A DNA stretch of 63,106 nucleotides, counting the filler, from Reticulomyxa filosa (taxonomy: Eukaryota; Protista; Foraminifera), in NCBI GenBank assembly GCA_000512085.1. It is 18 parts of 18 records of this genome, joined end to end, with 100 filler letters (N's around TTAATTAATTAA, not from the genome) between each part and the next. Parts side by side here need not be neighbours in the genome. Positions count along the whole stretch, not along the records: positions 39,036 to 41,589 come from ASPP01011724.1; positions 41,690 to 49,104 come from ASPP01020121.1; positions 49,205 to 51,706 come from ASPP01001291.1; 15 more parts are not named here. One strand, 5' to 3'. Shown piece by piece: positions 39,036-51,806 of the stretch; positions within the stretch are counted from its first letter, which is position 1; the number at the start of each line of letters is the position of its first letter. The notes under the pieces were generated by a model that ran no database searches, was not told the DNA's origin, and worked only from the letters and a program-made list of their open reading frames with translations. Made by a program: the position numbers and the translations under genes.

Positions 39036-41589
39036 TAATAATAATAATATTAATAATAATAATAACAATACAACGACCAATAATAATATAAACACTTCAA
39101 TCACGAGTGCTAGCAGTGCCAATACAATGACATCAACAAACCATTTGCATCTACATTCAAATCAATCGAATGGAACGACAATGTTCGATCCTCAGGGCAA
39201 CTCGGTTTCGCCTAAAAACAGCAACAACAGCAACTCATCCAATGACTCTGGCAACAACACAGCTGACTCGCGTCCGAGTGAAGACTTGACTCGCAATCGC
39301 GTTTACACCGGCAATGAACTGAAGCGCATGTATACGCAATGCATCGAAAGCAAAGTCGAGGAGTTGCGAACTGGTTCCTTTCCTGCTTTGGTCGATAATA
39401 TGACGCAGTATCGCTATGACATTGGTTTGTGACAACCAACTTCTTTATATGTCATATAAGTATTTATATGACATATGCATATGCATATGCATGTGTATAT
39501 GCATGTGTGGTAAGAACACTAATGTACGCCATTGTTATAGCGAATCAATACAAACAGCAAAGATACAAGCCTCGATATACTCAGACTGCGTTGGAAAAAG
39601 ATTACGCTGTTCGTTTGTATTTATATATATATATATATATATTTTTATAATTAAAAAAGAAATGCAAATTTTGCATGTATTTTGCAATGACAATATGGTC
39701 TAATCAATAGGAAGCATTGAAAAGAGAACAAATAGTAGAACAAAGCGAGCAAATTACCAAAAAGCCTTCTGTTTTGTTTGTTTGTTTTTTTTGGAAATGT
39801 TTTTGAAATAAATGGATTGACTTTTGTAAACATAGGTGAAACGCAGACTCAAAAAGACATTGACAAAATTCATTCCGCACATAATTCATAAACGCTCGAA
39901 AAAGCCATCAAAGGGACAGTCGGACGGAACGAGTGAAATGAATACACACTCGAACGAGAGACATCCCTCCGCGACTCCGGATTTGAGTCGCACAGAGACA
40001 GACAGCATTCAGAGCAGCTACACTGCGGGGGCTCTCATCAATGCTACCGAGGAGCATATGGGTGTGCGTGTAAGTAACGACGGCTCGCAGGTTGTGGAGG
40101 CGAACAAATTGACCGACAAAGACGAGAAAGAAGAGATTGGGAGACTCGAAAAGAAGCTCTCGGTGATGAAAGAAGAAGAAGAAGAAGAAGATGGACATAA
40201 TGATGACAACAATGAGGACAATGACAACGATGATAATGATGATAATAATGATAATAATGATAATAATGACGATGGCGACAATGAAGATAATGGGGATGAT
40301 CACAATGGCAATATTCATGGTCATGACACAATGCATAGCAGCAGCGTTAGCAATAGCAATAGCAAGGATCATCATCACTACCAAAATAGCAGTACAAGTA
40401 TTACCACTACAACTTCTGCTATTCATAGTAGCAACAACAAAGTACTGACAACCATGACAGAACCACCAAGAAAATGGACATGGGACAAAATTAAGTGTGC
40501 CACGGTATGAAGACGGCGTCGATGACGAAACAGAAAAAAGTAACGCGCATGGACTGCCAAGTGACGACGAAAAAGAGTTGATTGAGACACAAGCTTTAGT
40601 CAACAAACGTAATGACACCAACAAATTTCCTGTAATCAAAAGTTGAGAATTCAAACCTTCCCCTCTCAAAAAAAACAAAAAAAAACAAAAAATTTAAGAA
40701 TCCCATTTTAAAAGAGTATATTTCCATATGTGTATACTTACACATGCACGCGCATGCTTGTTTATGTAAATAGAAATCGATTTAGCAAAAATAGTCTTGC
40801 AAATGAAACGAGAAATCCCATTGGTAAAAAAGCATGGGTCATTCCATTTGTGGACAGTTACAGAGTGCTTTTCGGCCATTGATGCCGTTCGTTGGATGCT
40901 CAAGAATGCAAGCATTACACGTTGTGAAACCGAGACGGACGCCGTCGAGCTCGGCAATTTGCTGATAAAGCAAAATATCATTAAACCATTACATAGCCAT
41001 AAACACTTTAAAACCAGACAGAAAGACTATTATTCTTTTGTCCTCAGTTTATATAAAAAAACGAGTCCATTGCATCATATATATATACAATTAAAAAAAA
41101 AAAAATAATAAAAAAAAAGGGGGAGCTATTTTAATTTTGTGTTAACATCTATGTATACACATATACATACATACATACATATATACATATATACATTATG
41201 ATAAACTTTTGCAAGCTGAACTCAATGCTATGCAAGCCTCAGCATTGCCGCCATTGAGTGAAGCAGATCATTCGAAGGAAAAGTTGGTGGCCACAGAGAT
41301 ATCCAATGAAAAACATGAGATGGTTGAAACGGATAAAAGCAAGGACCTTCGAACTGTCAAACAACCAGACATTGAAAGAGAAAAAGACTCTGATCTCAAG
41401 CTGGATAAAAAATCATCAAGTACCTACACTTTTTTTTTTTTTTATTGTTTGTTTTCTCTCTCTCCTTCTCTTTCTGTCTATTTCTTTCCTTCAACTTTTC
41501 AACTCTTCACATTTGCAATGTTTGTTAATATTGTGTCGCTAACAAGATGATTCGTTGTCGACCAGTGAAACGAAAGGCGATGCGGCACT
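39036..41589 (+). CDS. DEP-domain signalling protein (possible REM/RasGEF-type), partial, multi-exon
   Basis: ECFSAIDAVRWMLKN..ETDAVELGNLLIKQNIIKPL..F..KDYYSF (40797-41040) fits a DEP domain. LRTGSFPALVDNMT resembles a REM motif. Asp/Asn-rich linker. Confidence 0.6.
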
Positions 41590-41689
41590 NNNNNNNNNNN
41601 NNNNNNNNNNNNNNNNNNNNNNNNNNNNNNNNNTTAATTAATTAANNNNNNNNNNNNNNNNNNNNNNNNNNNNNNNNNNNNNNNNNNNN

Positions 41690-41731
<42 letters not shown>

Positions 41732-41831
41732 TTGTATGTGTATATATCTGTACAATATGCGTGGCACATGCGCTACATGCATGCCTCCTTTGTTCTTATT
41801 TTGTTAATTCCTGTGAAATATAATATGACAG

Positions 41832-42584
41832 GGAGCAATGTCACAAAAGAAACGTACGGATACTTTTTTCGATTTTTTGAAATGCGAAACCGGGGTGTTG
41901 TTTGCAACGAATGTGGCCGCACGTGGATTGGATATTCCTGACGTGGACTGGATTATCCAATACGACCCACCCGACGACTTGAGAGATTACATTCACAGGG
42001 TTGGACGTACGTGTCGTGGAAAAGCTAATGATGCTTCTACTACTACTACCAAAAAAGGAAAAGCTTTACTGTTCTTGATTTCTGAAGAAATACGATATCT
42101 ACAACACTTGCAAACTAACAAAATCACGTCATTGAAAGAATATGATTTCCCACCGCATAAGATTGCTAATATCCAATCCCAACTTGAAAAACTCACTTCC
42201 ACTGTCTATCATTTACATGTTGGTGCACACGAGGCTTATATTGCTTACATGAAACAGTTCGGATTGAGAAACTCCAAATTCTTTGATATCTTGTCGCTAA
42301 ATATTGTGGATGTCGCCAAGTTTTGCTTTGCTTTGCTTTGTTTTTTTTTTTTTTTAGGAGTCAATCACACACATTTATGTTTATCTGTGCCTTTGAAAAC
42401 AAGGTCATTCGGACTGGCAGCCCCGCCAAAGGTTAGTGTCGAGGTAAAGAGAGCCAAACCACGTGAAGGGAAAAAAGAACATAAATATAAACAAGTCTCT
42501 TTGCGCTTGAAAACAAATGAATGGGCAAAGGCTGGCAGAAAGTCTCAATTTAAATTTTCTCCAGACAATCCCTACGGAAAATAA
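41832..42584 (+). CDS. HAS1: DEAD-box RNA helicase HAS1/DDX18, C-terminal part
   Basis: ATNVAARGLDIPDVDWIIQYDPPDD..YIHRVGRT, KIANIQSQLEKL, and VAK|SFGL..PPKV across intron 42320-42403. Confidence 0.9.
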   Translation, partial: GAMSQKKRTDTFFDFLKCETGVLFATNVAARGLDIPDVDWIIQYDPPDDLRDYIHRVGRTCRGKANDASTTTTKKGKALLFLISEEIRYLQHLQTNKITSLKEYDFPPHKIANIQSQLEKLTSTVYHLHVGAHEAYIAYMKQFGLRNSKFFDILSLNIVDVAKFCFALLCFFFFLGVNHTHLCLSVPLKTRSFGLAAPPKVSVEVKRAKPREGKKEHKYKQVSLRLKTNEWAKAGRKSQFKFSPDNPYGK

Positions 42585-43033
42585 ACACAATCGCCTTTTC
42601 ATTTCCTCTCATTTCCAAAAATTGTTGTTTGTATTTTTTTTAAATTCATTATTGTGACTTATTTTGTCAGAAAATCCGATTCCATTTTGTAGTAAAACAG
42701 TGCAAATCTATCTGTATTTTACAATTCTGTAACAATTTTTGTTTAAAGTGTAATTGCTTATCCAGTTGTAAAAAAAAAAAAAGTTCGTATATATAAAACC
42801 AAACACATTACAATTTTTGTTTTGTTTTAATGTCAGATCAATTACTTCTTTAAACTTTATGACGATGTACCCTATTGAGTGAGATGCGATATTAAACTTG
42901 CTAAAAAAAAATAATGGAATTGTACGATTAAATTTGGACTATACAGATGAAAGACGAAACAACACAAAGAAGCGTTTCCAAAAAAAAAAAAAAAAAAAGA
43001 AAATCCCCCGTAAATGCTCATCGTTTGGTTAAA

Positions 43034-44809
43034 ATGCCATCAAAATCCTCAAAAACCTCGAAGCTCTCAAAAATCTCGAAAGAGATTTCTGGCCCAAAGG
43101 AAAGCTCGCCGATAACATTTGGTTTGCTATTGGTAACCTTGTCAATAAGACTGCTTTCGGCGCTGTACAACCCAATAAGCGACTGCGACGAAACGTTCAA
43201 CTATTGGGAGCCGACATCGTACCTGGTGCAAGGGGTGGGATTTCAAACATGGGAATACTCGCCAAAGTTTGCGTTGCGTTCGTACGCGTACCTGTTGCCG
43301 CAAAAGTGGGTAGGGGACGTGTTGTTGCAGCAGGTGGGCATGAAGGACACAGTGAAGATATTTTATGTGATGCGAGTGTGTTTGTGTTTGCAATATTTCG
43401 CAAGCGAAGCACTGTTGATGAGAAGTGTGCACAAATGGTTTGGAAACACAACAGCAAAGTACACATGGTTTTTCATGACATTCAGTAGCGGTATGTTTAA
43501 CAGCTGCAGCGCGTATTTGCCGCAGCAATTTACAACCTCGTGCGTGATGTTGTCATTGGCACTGTTGATGCGAAATCGCGTGGCGGCATCTTTGGCCGCA
43601 TTTGCGACGGCGTGTATTTTGGGATGGCCTTTTGCGTGTGTGCTCGGCGTGTGTTTGGCGTTGGAGCTGTTGCGACGCGAAGGCATAGTATGGTTTGTGA
43701 CGAGATCAGTGGCGATAGGAGCGACATTGTGTGGGCTATGTATGCTTGTGGATAAGGTGTATTTTGGCAAATGGATGATTGCACCGCTGAACATCATTGC
43801 ATATAATCTGCACTTTGCCGGAGGAGATAAAGGTCAAAACCTGTATGGCGTGGAGCCGTGGTATTATTATGTGTTGAATTTGACAAGCAATTTTAATTTG
43901 GTATATTACTTGATGTTGCTTTGTCCTGTCGTCACTCCAATGATCCCTCGCTTGCTTATTCAAGTCTATCGCTATTGTTTGGATACTTGTCGAAAGATGA
44001 AAACAGAATCATTGCCACCTTGGAGTGATCGCAATGTCCATTATTGCATGCTGCTCATTGTTGCACCCTGCTGGCTATGGTATCTACTATTCACGCTACA
44101 GCCACACAAAGAGGAACGCTTTTTGTTTGTCATTTATCCTTTGATTTGCATTTGTGCTGCCTTGGTCGTCACTCATCACTCTGCACATGCTGTTGCTCCT
44201 CGCTTTCTTGTTACTTGCTTGCTACGTATACGTGTCCAGTACTTTCTCTGTGCTGTCTTCCTTATCTTATCCGCTTGTCGCTCTTTTGGACAAGTCCACT
44301 ACTATCGTGCTCCTCTTCAGGTCTGGAGTCGGATTAATCCCATTCTTGCTCAGCTTCCTGTCTCGTCACTTGATTCCAGTCACAATGACACGCCACTCGT
44401 TTGTGTCGGGAAAGAGTGGTATCGCTTTCCCACTTCCTTCTTTGTACGTGATGCTAATGTTCAATTCTTAAATACCTCTTTCGGCGGACAACTGCCTGCA
44501 CACTTTTACAACTCCACCGATTTTTTTCCCACCAAATTCCCCTTCAATGACCAAAACGCACGCGAAAGCGATGGCAGATATGTGCCATACACGTCTTGCA
44601 ATGTCATTGTTGACTTGTGGGAACAAAATGATACTGCGGAGGGATATGATCCACTTTTGTTTCGTGTTGTTGACAGTTATCCCTTTTTGCATCGCAGTCG
44701 TGTCAAATTTCCATCACGCGCCTTTTATTTTCCTTGGCTCAGTGATGTAATTTTGAAACAACTCGTTTGGGCAGAATATGTTATCCTTGTCCCCAAAAAT
44801 ACTGTCTAA
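43034..44809 (+). CDS. ALG9: Alpha-1,2-mannosyltransferase ALG9 (GT22), single long exon
   Basis: ISDCDETFNYWEP, GFQTWEYSPKFALRSYAY, LYGVEPWYYY, QPHKEERFLF and VCVGKEWYRFP. The ORF opens at 42947, but the likely start is 43034. Confidence 0.93.
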   Translation: MPSKSSKTSKLSKISKEISGPKESSPITFGLLLVTLSIRLLSALYNPISDCDETFNYWEPTSYLVQGVGFQTWEYSPKFALRSYAYLLPQKWVGDVLLQQVGMKDTVKIFYVMRVCLCLQYFASEALLMRSVHKWFGNTTAKYTWFFMTFSSGMFNSCSAYLPQQFTTSCVMLSLALLMRNRVAASLAAFATACILGWPFACVLGVCLALELLRREGIVWFVTRSVAIGATLCGLCMLVDKVYFGKWMIAPLNIIAYNLHFAGGDKGQNLYGVEPWYYYVLNLTSNFNLVYYLMLLCPVVTPMIPRLLIQVYRYCLDTCRKMKTESLPPWSDRNVHYCMLLIVAPCWLWYLLFTLQPHKEERFLFVIYPLICICAALVVTHHSAHAVAPRFLVTCLLRIRVQYFLCAVFLILSACRSFGQVHYYRAPLQVWSRINPILAQLPVSSLDSSHNDTPLVCVGKEWYRFPTSFFVRDANVQFLNTSFGGQLPAHFYNSTDFFPTKFPFNDQNARESDGRYVPYTSCNVIVDLWEQNDTAEGYDPLLFRVVDSYPFLHRSRVKFPSRAFYFPWLSDVILKQLVWAEYVILVPKNTV

Positions 44810-45934
44810 ATGTTTTCCCCTCTCTTTTTCTATGCAATTCGCAAACAGTTGAAGAAACAAGGGAGCAAGAGATTGGATCACATTTTACATTTTATGCTGA
44901 ACAACAAAAAATATAACAACTTTGGTGGGTACTCTGATGTGATGGCTTGCTAACTCTTTTTGGTGTTGCTAGTTTTTTCCAAAAGAAAAGATATCCACCC
45001 ATAGAACAATGTTAACAAAAAAAAACTCGGGTTTTGTAACACTTAATACAAAACTATATTTTTTTAGAGCATTGTTTATGAAACAGTAATAAAACTTTTG
45101 AAACAATATGTCATTGGCAATTTCTCAAAAATAATCAATCAAAAGAATAGCATATAAATATTCGAGCAGTATTCTGTTCATTGTCGGCCAATCAAAAGGT
45201 AATTAACTTTAATTATGTCTGCTAAATATATTGTTGTTTAATTAATATTTTTTATATTAATTGTATTTTCAACTAGGAAACAAACAAAAAAAGGTAAATA
45301 TTTACAATTAAGTGATCATAATGTTAAGAAGTGTAGTTCAAGTGCTAATAACGTACATACAATGACAACCAATAAAACTCTAGTTTACGCCATGAATTTT
45401 TATTTTTTTAGATATTGCTTTTCTTTTATACAACACACGTGTACAAATTTTGCACTTAAATAAATGAATCATTATAGCGCTGTATACGTATTTGATTATC
45501 AAAACTTGAACATTATTTCTGATATGACATGTTTCAGATAAAACAGTTTCTTAATTTTAATACATTCTCCACAATATATGCTTGGTAGAATAATAATCAT
45601 ATTACATTAATATCTTATTGACTAGAACACTTTAATTATGTATTGTTGCGAAATTTCGTATCCATTTAATTTTTTTATACGTACGTAGAGTTTTTTTTAC
45701 GAAAAATTATTGAAAGCAACTTAAGTGATAGCAAAACTAGTTTTTCCCAAACAAATAAAATGAAAATTGATACGAACATGGATCAAAAGCAATATTAGTT
45801 AGGACGCACAGCGTCTTGCTAATTCCAGCTAATATAAATAGTAATAACAATGTTTTTTTGTTATTGCCAAATACCAAGCATATGTCACAGTTGGCTAAGG
45901 AGATTTTTTTCTAAAAAATACAAGCATAGGAATA

Positions 45935-48127
45935 ATGTTTCGATTGCGTAATTGGTTTAGTATTTTATTGATTGGTGGTGCTTTCGCGGAGCGCTCTTTA
46001 AATGGGACAGTATATTTGGATTTGTCAGATAACCACTACACAATAGTGTTAGGAACAATTGACTGCGACAACGGCATCGCATGTGGTTATTTCCAAGACA
46101 CGTTAAAAATGCTCAATTTCTGTTGGCCCTTCTTTCCGTCCCCTCCCTCCTTTCTGTTTCTCTGTATTCAACGTGCAGTGTTGTATCAACGACAAAAGGG
46201 TGAATGAAACTGGCTGGGGTGTGTTGGAAGTGAAAGTGGACTACACAAAAAACGACCCAACGGTAACCGACAATCAGCGAATGTATGCAGCAGGCCTGTT
46301 AGAAGGGTATCTGAGCAGCGAGGAGATATACTATTCCTGGAGTGCCGGTTGGGGTAACTACGAGGTGGATTTTGGGCCATATAAAGAGCAATTGATCAAT
46401 TGGACGAACACACAAGCGCAATGGATGAACAAAATGTTCTCACAGGTACAAAAAAAAAAAAAAAAATTTTGAAGTAGTTGAAAAAAAAAAAAAAAAATTA
46501 TATTATATATATGTATAATAATATATAAAAGAATAAACATCACTGTATTGGCAATACGTCCAAGCCTTAAGTCCCAATACCAAGGCACAATGGACGGATA
46601 CAACCGTGCAGCGCCAGTGTACAACTTACCGACAATGGGAGATTTTGAATTCCAATTTTTGAATGGCAATCAAGACTTTTTGACATAGTAACGAAGTTGG
46701 ACCCAAACAGCAGCTTGGCGCTGTCGATGGAGGAGTGGTTGTCTTTCAAATCGGTGGAAGAGTTCAAAAAGGCCTTTGAAATACGCAGCAAAAGCCGCTG
46801 TAGCGCCATTGTCAAAGTGACACCTCTGCTGGACGACGTCTTCATTGCCCATTCCACATGGAGCGAATACTTTTGGATGAACCGCGTTTTCAAACATTAT
46901 CTCCTCAAATTAAAGATGCCCATTCCTACCACACATATGGCCTTTAGTAGTTATCCTGCGTCGTTGAGTAGTATCGATGATTGGTATGTTATGGATTCCG
47001 GACTTGCTGTTGTCGAAGTTTACTTTTTTCAAAAAAAAAAAAAAAAAAAAGTGTGAGTAAAAGTTCATTCCCCTCCTTTTTTTTTTTTTAAAAAAAAGTA
47101 AATATTTGTAGTAATGTTGTTCTCTTTTGTTTTGGATAGACAACTAATGACATATTTAACAAGTCATTGTTTTCTAGATTAACACCGGAAACTCTGTTGT
47201 CTTGGCAAAGAGTTCGCATTGCTAATGCCTTAGCCACCACTGCTCAAGAGTGGACGCAAATCTTTGCTGAGTACAACAGTGGAACGTATAACAACCAATG
47301 GATTGCCTTGCAATTCTCTGCTTTCAAGCCCAATCAACCTTTACCAGGTTGGTTTGTTTTTTTTCTCCTTATCCTTAAAATCAAATCAAAATTAACAACA
47401 CAATAATAATAATAATAATAATAATATTATAAAAAGATGGATTGGTGTGGATTGCTGAACAAATCCCTGGCAATGTGTCGTTCATGGATGTGACCAGCGA
47501 AGTGGAACGCGGTTATTGGGGATCTTATGTTAATCAATGTTTTTTATTTTTTGTTTGCTTCAGTGTGTGTGCGAACTTGCAGTTGTTCTGTTTGTAAAAT
47601 AGAATGTCCCAGCAATTGAATACATTTACAAAATAAGTGGCAATGAGGCAATCGCAAAGGCATTTGGCCCATCGCTTTCCTATGACCTTGCGCCTCGAGC
47701 AAGAATTTTCCGACGAGATGCCAACAATTGCAATAATGTAACCACATTGGGTAAATTTATGCGTTACAATAACTATTTGAATGATCCAATCGAAAATAAT
47801 GATCCCAGTAAGTTGTTTTTACTTAATTGTGTTAACAAGTGGTGCTTTTATAGTACAAATTTTCATTGACAAAAAAAATAAGGCTGGGCAATAATGTCTC
47901 GATATGACTTAAGCAAAGATCCTTCTGCGTTTGGAGGAGTAGATACAAAAATGAGCAATTTGGAGATGATGCAAAATGTGTACGGACTGGCACAAGCCGG
48001 ACCAACTCATGATGATCTTCCTCCATTTGTTTGGACTGCGGAATTTGATAAATTCAATGATCACATTGCATGTCCAATCAAATACGATTTCGATTGGATA
48101 GAAATGAAATCTGCATTGCAAGACTAA
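45935..48127 (+). CDS. Phospholipase B-like (PLBD, Ntn-hydrolase) protein, 7 exons, with three 1-nt frameshifts in 46532-46681
   Basis: Signal peptide; NETGWGVLEV, YAAGLLEG, RCSAIVK, FSSYPASLSSIDDWY, VVE|TTN, YNSGTYNNQW, SY|NVP, PRARIFRRD, MRYN, GGVDTK and GPTHDDLPPF. Confidence 0.9.
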
Positions 48128-48295
48128 TCAATATACAAAAAAAAAAATATCCTTTCCGTGAGTGTTGATAGATTGATTGTATGTGCAGCAATATTTTCCA
48201 ACTTTAATTAATTTTGAACAACACTTGGAACAATAGAAGAGTATTGGTGTTCGATTTTTAAAATTTTCTTTTGAAACTCAAAATGTGTCCAAGTT

Positions 48296-49104
48296 AAAAT
48301 TTTAAAATACCTCAAGCATAGAGATACTTGACCCTTTATTGCTTCAACAACAAAAAAGCATAAAATAGAACAGCAACTATCAGAAACAATTGTTGAAATT
48401 TTCGCATTATGATTTAAAAAGAGGAAAACAAACATAGTTCTATTTTGTGACATTCTTGAGGTTTCACCTTCTTTTTTGTTTGAATAAATAAAAAAGGTAG
48501 AAAAAAAAAATACATCAGCATTACTTTCACGCAACAAACACAGTGGTAGGATTGGAGTTGACATTTTCCGCGCGTATTAATTGTTTCAAATAAAAGGCGC
48601 AATATAATGACCAAGGCTGAAAATATTTTTTTGGAATAGACAAGCAAACATAAAACATACGTCGTAAATTCAAATGGCAATGAGAAAAATGAACAAACAA
48701 ACGTCTTAACTAAAACAAATATTTCTTCTAGTACTACTACGGTCAATAACAAAGGACAACGCGAGCTGCAGCCATTGTCAACGTAATCAACAATGGCACC
48801 AATGTTTTTCAATCCTTCCAACACTAACAAGCACAGATACTATATACGCCATCCCCCCCCCCAAAAAAAAGGGTTGATCGAAAGACCTCTAAAATTGATT
48901 CGCAATCAAACAAAACAAAACAAACAAACAAAGAAAATTAACCACATAAGTAAATTCTAGTTTCCGTTTGTAAGCTCCATAAATACCACAAAACGCAGCG
49001 GCCACACAGATAATATTCGCCCACCAGATGATTGAATATAACTCAAATCCTGACGTTATCTTCAAAAAAAAAAAAATCATTTATTTGCCCCCTTTTTTTT
49101 TTTT
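48296..49104 (-). CDS. Small multi-pass membrane protein, partial
   Basis: Hydrophobic exons WWANIICVAAAFCGIYGAYK, CLLVLEGLKNIG and LLTVVVLEEIFVLV. Confidence 0.4.
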
Positions 49105-51806
49105 NNNNNNNNNNNNNNNNNNNNNNNNNNNNNNNNNNNNNNNNNNNNTTAATTAATTAANNNNNNNNNNNNNNNNNNNNNNNNNNNNNNNNNNNNNNNN
49201 NNNNTATTCGACAATATCAAATATCATTTATTATTTATTGATACCAAGCTTGCTGTAATAAAAAAAATAATTTTAATTTTCAATTATATTCAATTCATCT
49301 TGTATTGCACATGTACTTCGGGTGACTGATTTTTATAATTGAAAAAAGTTTTAAAAGTAATTTAAAATAAACTATTTATTCAAAAAGCACAATAAATACA
49401 ATTTAATATCAGCTCATTGCAAGATCATTACATGAAACTGGAATTGCTTTGTCACTTAAGTTTTATATTGTGGTTCAATTGACTCACTTTGTTTCGAATT
49501 CTAATGCTAATAGACTGTTGATATTTATAAAACATAAAAAGTATTTTCTAGTGCAATTTTTCATGGAGAATCCGAATATGAAAGAAAAAATCTATTTTGA
49601 AATCTCTATCATCAATAAAAACGCGTTTTTTCATTAAGCTTACTTTTTACATTCGGATAGCCTGCTACATCATTGAGTCAATAAAATTCAATCATTAAAA
49701 TTTAATATCACTAATAAAAAAAAGATTAATAAAGTTAATTAAAAGACAATCTAAATTGTTAAATACCTTTCTTTACCGACCGATAATTGCATAAAACCGC
49801 TCTCTTGCATCAAATAAAAAATTTCTTTAATTTGTCAAATATAACAACATACATAAAAATAATTTTTATTACAGTGCAAAAAAAAGTTCAAACATCAGTT
49901 AAAATTTCAAGTAAATAGAATGGATTTTGCTGTTAATTTTATTTTTTTTGATTTGAAGTCTAAAGTATTATTTTTATTTGAATTTTTTGTTGTTTAGATA
50001 GACCAACAGTTGTCAATTATTAATGGAAATACAATTACTGTGTAAATACTTACATAATTTTGGAATTGAAAGTAAAAATAGATTTGCTTTGTCACAAGTA
50101 AGCTTTATTGGCTCCCAAGTGAATACTACAACAGTCCGAATTGTAAAAATTTTTCATCACCATCTTCAATTTAACTAGCCGTTTGAAATTGAGTTGGCAT
50201 TAAACGTATATTCCAATTTGTGTTCGATAAGTTACTTTCAAATTTGCATATCTATTACATTCGCAAATAATATCATTCATGATTTGAAATGGCAAAGCTA
50301 AAGCTATATGCAATTTCTTATTTTGCGATATGTCACCGCAAATATGACCAAAACCTAACCGACAAATGACACAACGTCGCTGCGTATTGGTAATAATTTA
50401 ATTATCTTTTTTGAAGCTAAAACGATTAAGTACAATTTATCGATTGTGCACATTGAACTAAGCGCAGCTTAAAACAATCCGCTCGCCATCAGATACTGCA
50501 CATCGACACTTCGATCAAGAAAGATCATTATTACCAGCACATTACATAACAACTAATAACATACAAGATGGAGCTTATTGACACCCACAGTCACAATATT
50601 ATGAAGACAATATTAAGATAACAAAAAATAACATTGGAAATAAAGCACTCTTTCAAAATCCGCCAACTAAATTTGCATCAAGCCATCATCAGTATGTAAG
50701 ACATCAAGAAGATAGAAGACACTTCTCCTGACTAGAGAAAACCACTAGCAACAGCCTATCCATACAATATAAATCATCAAACATTGGAACACTGGATAAA
50801 TCTGCAAATAATTTAAACATTTCCCCAACTACATCGACAAAAGACTATCTTCTCAGCACGTACAACCCAGGAATCGCCTCATATCTCCTCTTTAATCCGT
50901 TACAAAAGCAATTTTATCTAAGATATCCTTCATCCTTTTCATGCAACGATAAATATAAACAAACGTGTGTGTTCAGCCAAACCGAAGACTACTACATCCC
51001 ACAACTCGCAGATACAAACGATCCCAATTTGAACCAGCAGCACCAAATCAGCACATTTCGTAGGATCGCCGATCGACATATTTTTTTGATAGTACTAAGT
51101 TATATATCAAAATTAACAACTTCAATAAAATCAGGACAAATGCTTGCACGGAAGTAACTCCTTCACATATATTTACTTCTTTGTTAATTTGTTCTCCACA
51201 TTGCAATATCACATAATTTGTCATTTTTAAAAATTATACTTATACTTATTAACAATACTTATTACTTTTTTTATGTTTAAACAAAAAAGTAATATTCTTT
51301 TCTTCAACTTGCTAGACTATATCGCTTTTAAGTTTTAAAAAAATATTTCACTTAACTTGATCTGTCAGATAAATAAATTCATGTTTATAAATGTTCCTAA
51401 TTCTTAATAATCTTCTGTTACCTTCAACTTGAGAAATAACTCTGACATAAATCATATATACAAAAACTTCATTTTTTCAAATCGTATTTTAATTGAATTT
51501 ATTTGTTCACTTTTTCGGACCAAATTGCCAATTGTAATATATGTTCATGTTCAAACAAATTTTTTATGTGAATTTAAGTTAAAAGAAAAAAAAGTTATAC
51601 ATATTTCTTGCAAAAAAAACTCAATGAAAATATTTATGTTTTCATAACGCTCTTTGTTTATTGATTTGTAGGGCAAGGCCCTATAAATATCTGAACGTTG
51701 AAGGAANNNNNNNNNNNNNNNNNNNNNNNNNNNNNNNNNNNNNNNNNNNNTTAATTAATTAANNNNNNNNNNNNNNNNNNNNNNNNNNNNNNNNNNNNNN
51801 NNNNNN

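Noticed and set aside
39908-40678. 256-aa hydrophobic minus-strand ORF
   Set aside because: It is an antisense shadow of Asp/Asn/Glu microsatellites in the DEP-domain gene.
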